Shown: positions 61,545 to 64,000 of the stretch, in pieces | Position numbering within the stretch: position 1 is the first letter of the stretch | Layout: each line of letters begins with the position of its first letter | Source of the DNA: Marsupella aquatica | Taxonomy: Eukaryota; Plantae; Marchantiophyta | Assembly: GCA_973895155.1 (NCBI GenBank) | Contig: OZ316892.1 | Span: 3,599,223 to 3,663,222 of the forward strand | DNA length: 64,000 nt | Direction: 5' to 3' | The notes under the pieces: generated by a model | Told to the model about the DNA's origin: nothing | Databases searched by the model: none | Seen by the model: only the letters and a program-made list of their open reading frames with translations | Position numbers and translations under genes: made by a program

Positions 61545-61780
61545 AACCTCAGAATTTGATGGAGCTTAAAATCACTATTTAACGTTATTTAGTACACTTA
61601 AAAAATTGATGGACTACCGACCCCTAACCTCAAATTTTGATGGAGCTTAACTCACTATTTAAGGTTATTTAGTACACATACAAAATTGATGGACTACCGA
61701 CCCTTAACCTCAAACTTCGATGGAGCTTAACTTCACTATTTAAGGTTGTTTAGTACACATTAAAAATTGATGGACTACCA
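61545..61780. repeat. ~79-bp tandem repeat x3
   Basis: GATGGAGCTTAA..TCACTATTTAA.GTT.TTTAGTACAC.T..AAAATTGATGGACTACC x3. Confidence 0.85.
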
Positions 61781-62199
61781 GATTCATAGTTGAATTTTTT
61801 TTGCCATAAATATAAGTCTATGTAGAAGCTTGGAGAGAAGCCATATTATTGCAAGGTAGAGAGTTCTCTTTTTCTTTCGGGACCATTCCTGCACTTTGTA
61901 TAAGTGCAACAAGACCTCCACAGGCAAATAGATATATACAAAACTTTACATTGGTATGTGTACATTTAGGGGTGAGCATCATTTTAATCACAAAAGTACA
62001 CATAAATGGAGGCAGTCAGCTTTTTTATGGGCAAAATGTGCCAAATTCCATATTAATGAAAATTCTTAGTCACATTACGCAAACTTTTGCCAGGCTTTTT
62101 GACTTTGATCTGCCAGTATTCCACCTATTCACAGACTCCACTAGCCATGAGTCTAGTGTGTAACTATAGCATTTCTATATAGAAAGTCTCTATATCAAT

Positions 62200-62600
62200 A
62201 GTGTAAATCATATGTAAGTGCAAGATTTGAGCTTCTTCCCAATCGACAAATATACAACGATCTGATCCAAATAAGACTAACCTTTGTTGATGAATGATGC
62301 GGGAAATGATAATGAGATTCCTCTCTATAGAATGAATGGGTGCATCTCTTTATATAGTCTCCGTCTGAGTCTAGTTAGGGTATAACACTCCCCCTTGGCT
62401 ATATAGTGATAACTATGTAGACAAAAAGTCTTCTAACTAAATTATCATGCTTATAAACATGGCATGATTTGAGTACAAATGAGGAAGGTACTGCCTCGTT
62501 AAAACCTTTAACAGCTCTAAAAAAACTCTATCAGGGTAACAGAGAAGAAGAAAAAAATTAAAAAATCTTGGCTCTAAAGGAAAAGAGTACAGCCCTGTCG
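62200..62600 (-). mobile_element. Copia-like 3' end remnant (PPT plus short LTR)
   Basis: Minus strand AAGGGGGAG (62396-62388) is immediately followed by TGTTATA (62387). Plus-strand TGCCTCGTTAAAACCTT..AAGGAAAAGAGTACA resembles Copia 3' internal sequence. Confidence 0.55.
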
Positions 62601-64000
62601 GTCCTCAAGTGAATTCGGTGCTATGTGGAGTTAACAGCAACAACTCCACTCCGTCAAAATGAACAAGTTGTCATATGCTCAACGACTCAACAACAACGCG
62701 ACATGTCTCCAAATCGCTCACCATCGCGCATACATCCGCACATACATCCTCGCATCGAATACAAATTAAAACATATATGAAAAAATGATTAGTAATTAAG
62801 TTATTATCATAAAATCACTTGTCCGTGGCTCATCTACGCAAAGTGTAAAGTATAATAATAAATAATGTCATCTCGTGCAACTGAGTGCGTAAAGTATGGG
62901 ATGTAAAAAGTCCAAAAAATATGATCTCCCCTTCAAAACAAGGTTTCGAGGAATATATTATTCTCGTAAAACTCAAATATCGAAACTCTCCCTTAGAGTT
63001 CAAGGACTCCTAATTAGATTCTTAAATAGAGGGTTCTTGTGCAAAATGCACAATTCGCAAGCGTGTGTAGTCGACACACAAAGAAATCTCTCAATCTTAG
63101 ATTTCAAAAACATGTAGTATCAAATAGTTTTTATGTGAAAAATAATCTGCAGCACCAAAGGGTGTGCATTCACAACACCAGCGGGTGTGTGTATAATATG
63201 GCACGTTTGCCCTGCACGTCTGCAGTTCTCATATTTTGACAAAAAGTGTCAAGTAAATATAACTTCACAAATAACCCTGTGGAATCCAAACATTCAGTCG
63301 AACGTCCATGTGTGTCCTAGCACAGAGAAATGCTAGCTCAAAATGATTCGCTATCTTGCGGAGGTAAAGTGATATTCATAAACGTCAAACAACTCCGCAT
63401 AAAAATAGTTTAGAGCTAGCGATAGTCAAAAGATCCCACTTAATGACCAAGTACCAAAATGTACTCGTAGTGGGTAAATCAAGTGTGATTGGGGTTTGAG
63501 AAAATAAACTTTCTCCCCCTAAATATGCATTTTATGCATATATTATAGTTGAAAGCTAGAATTAAGTTGGATCGGACAAAGTTATGGGGTTTTTCCATAT
63601 TAACCCCTCATTACTCATTCTGATTTGAGTTTACTTCGGGTTTCTAAATATTCGCAGTTAAACCCCTAAAGGGTTATTGATTATCCGCTTTTGGATATGA
63701 CTGGAAACTAAAGTCATGGAACTAACCTGAAGTACTGTACCTTAGATTATTCTGGATCTTTCGTGAGAAACATATCTGCCATCGATCACTGGATCTCAGA
63801 AAATCTATACCTTACCCAAATACCTCAAAAACTAGGTCATAGAGCATGGTTAAAGGTATGGTATTAGTTCCATACTTAAAAACTATCATCCCACCGAACA
63901 ATGGCTATAAAAGCTCTCGTTTGAGTTGTTTATGGTATAAAGGCCATGAGGATAAGACCCTTAAGTAAGATATTGCCCTAATGTAGGGTGTAAATGGGTG

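Overview
Eukaryotic land-plant nuclear DNA, probably from a non-seed plant such as a liverwort, hornwort or lycophyte. This is inferred from GT-AG introns, an intact GIGANTEA gene (absent from the moss Physcomitrium) and a microbial-type dehydrogenase. Five intact protein genes were reconstructed by hand. (1) An intronless zinc-dependent MDR/formaldehyde-dehydrogenase-like gene (4058-5362 +). (2) An 11-exon proline iminopeptidase (10895-15914 +). (3) A 5-exon plastid-type CBS-domain gene (23715-26695 +). (4) A 14-exon, divergent GIGANTEA (44730-52907 +). (5) An intronless CML17/18-like calmodulin-like gene (59579-60091 -). Intergenic DNA holds decayed PIF/Harbinger elements, LTR remnants, MITEs and tandem arrays. 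The most notable unexplained structures are a ~840-bp foldback built from an inverted copy of a pseudogene exon, a 2.16-kb solo LTR carrying a coiled-coil ORF, a candidate spliced antisense lncRNA, a CCAAT-box array upstream of the CBS gene, and triplicated AAATCT/AGATT modules upstream of GI. No CRISPR, rRNA or tRNA was recognised. All calls are from manual reading and remembered family motifs; no searches were run.
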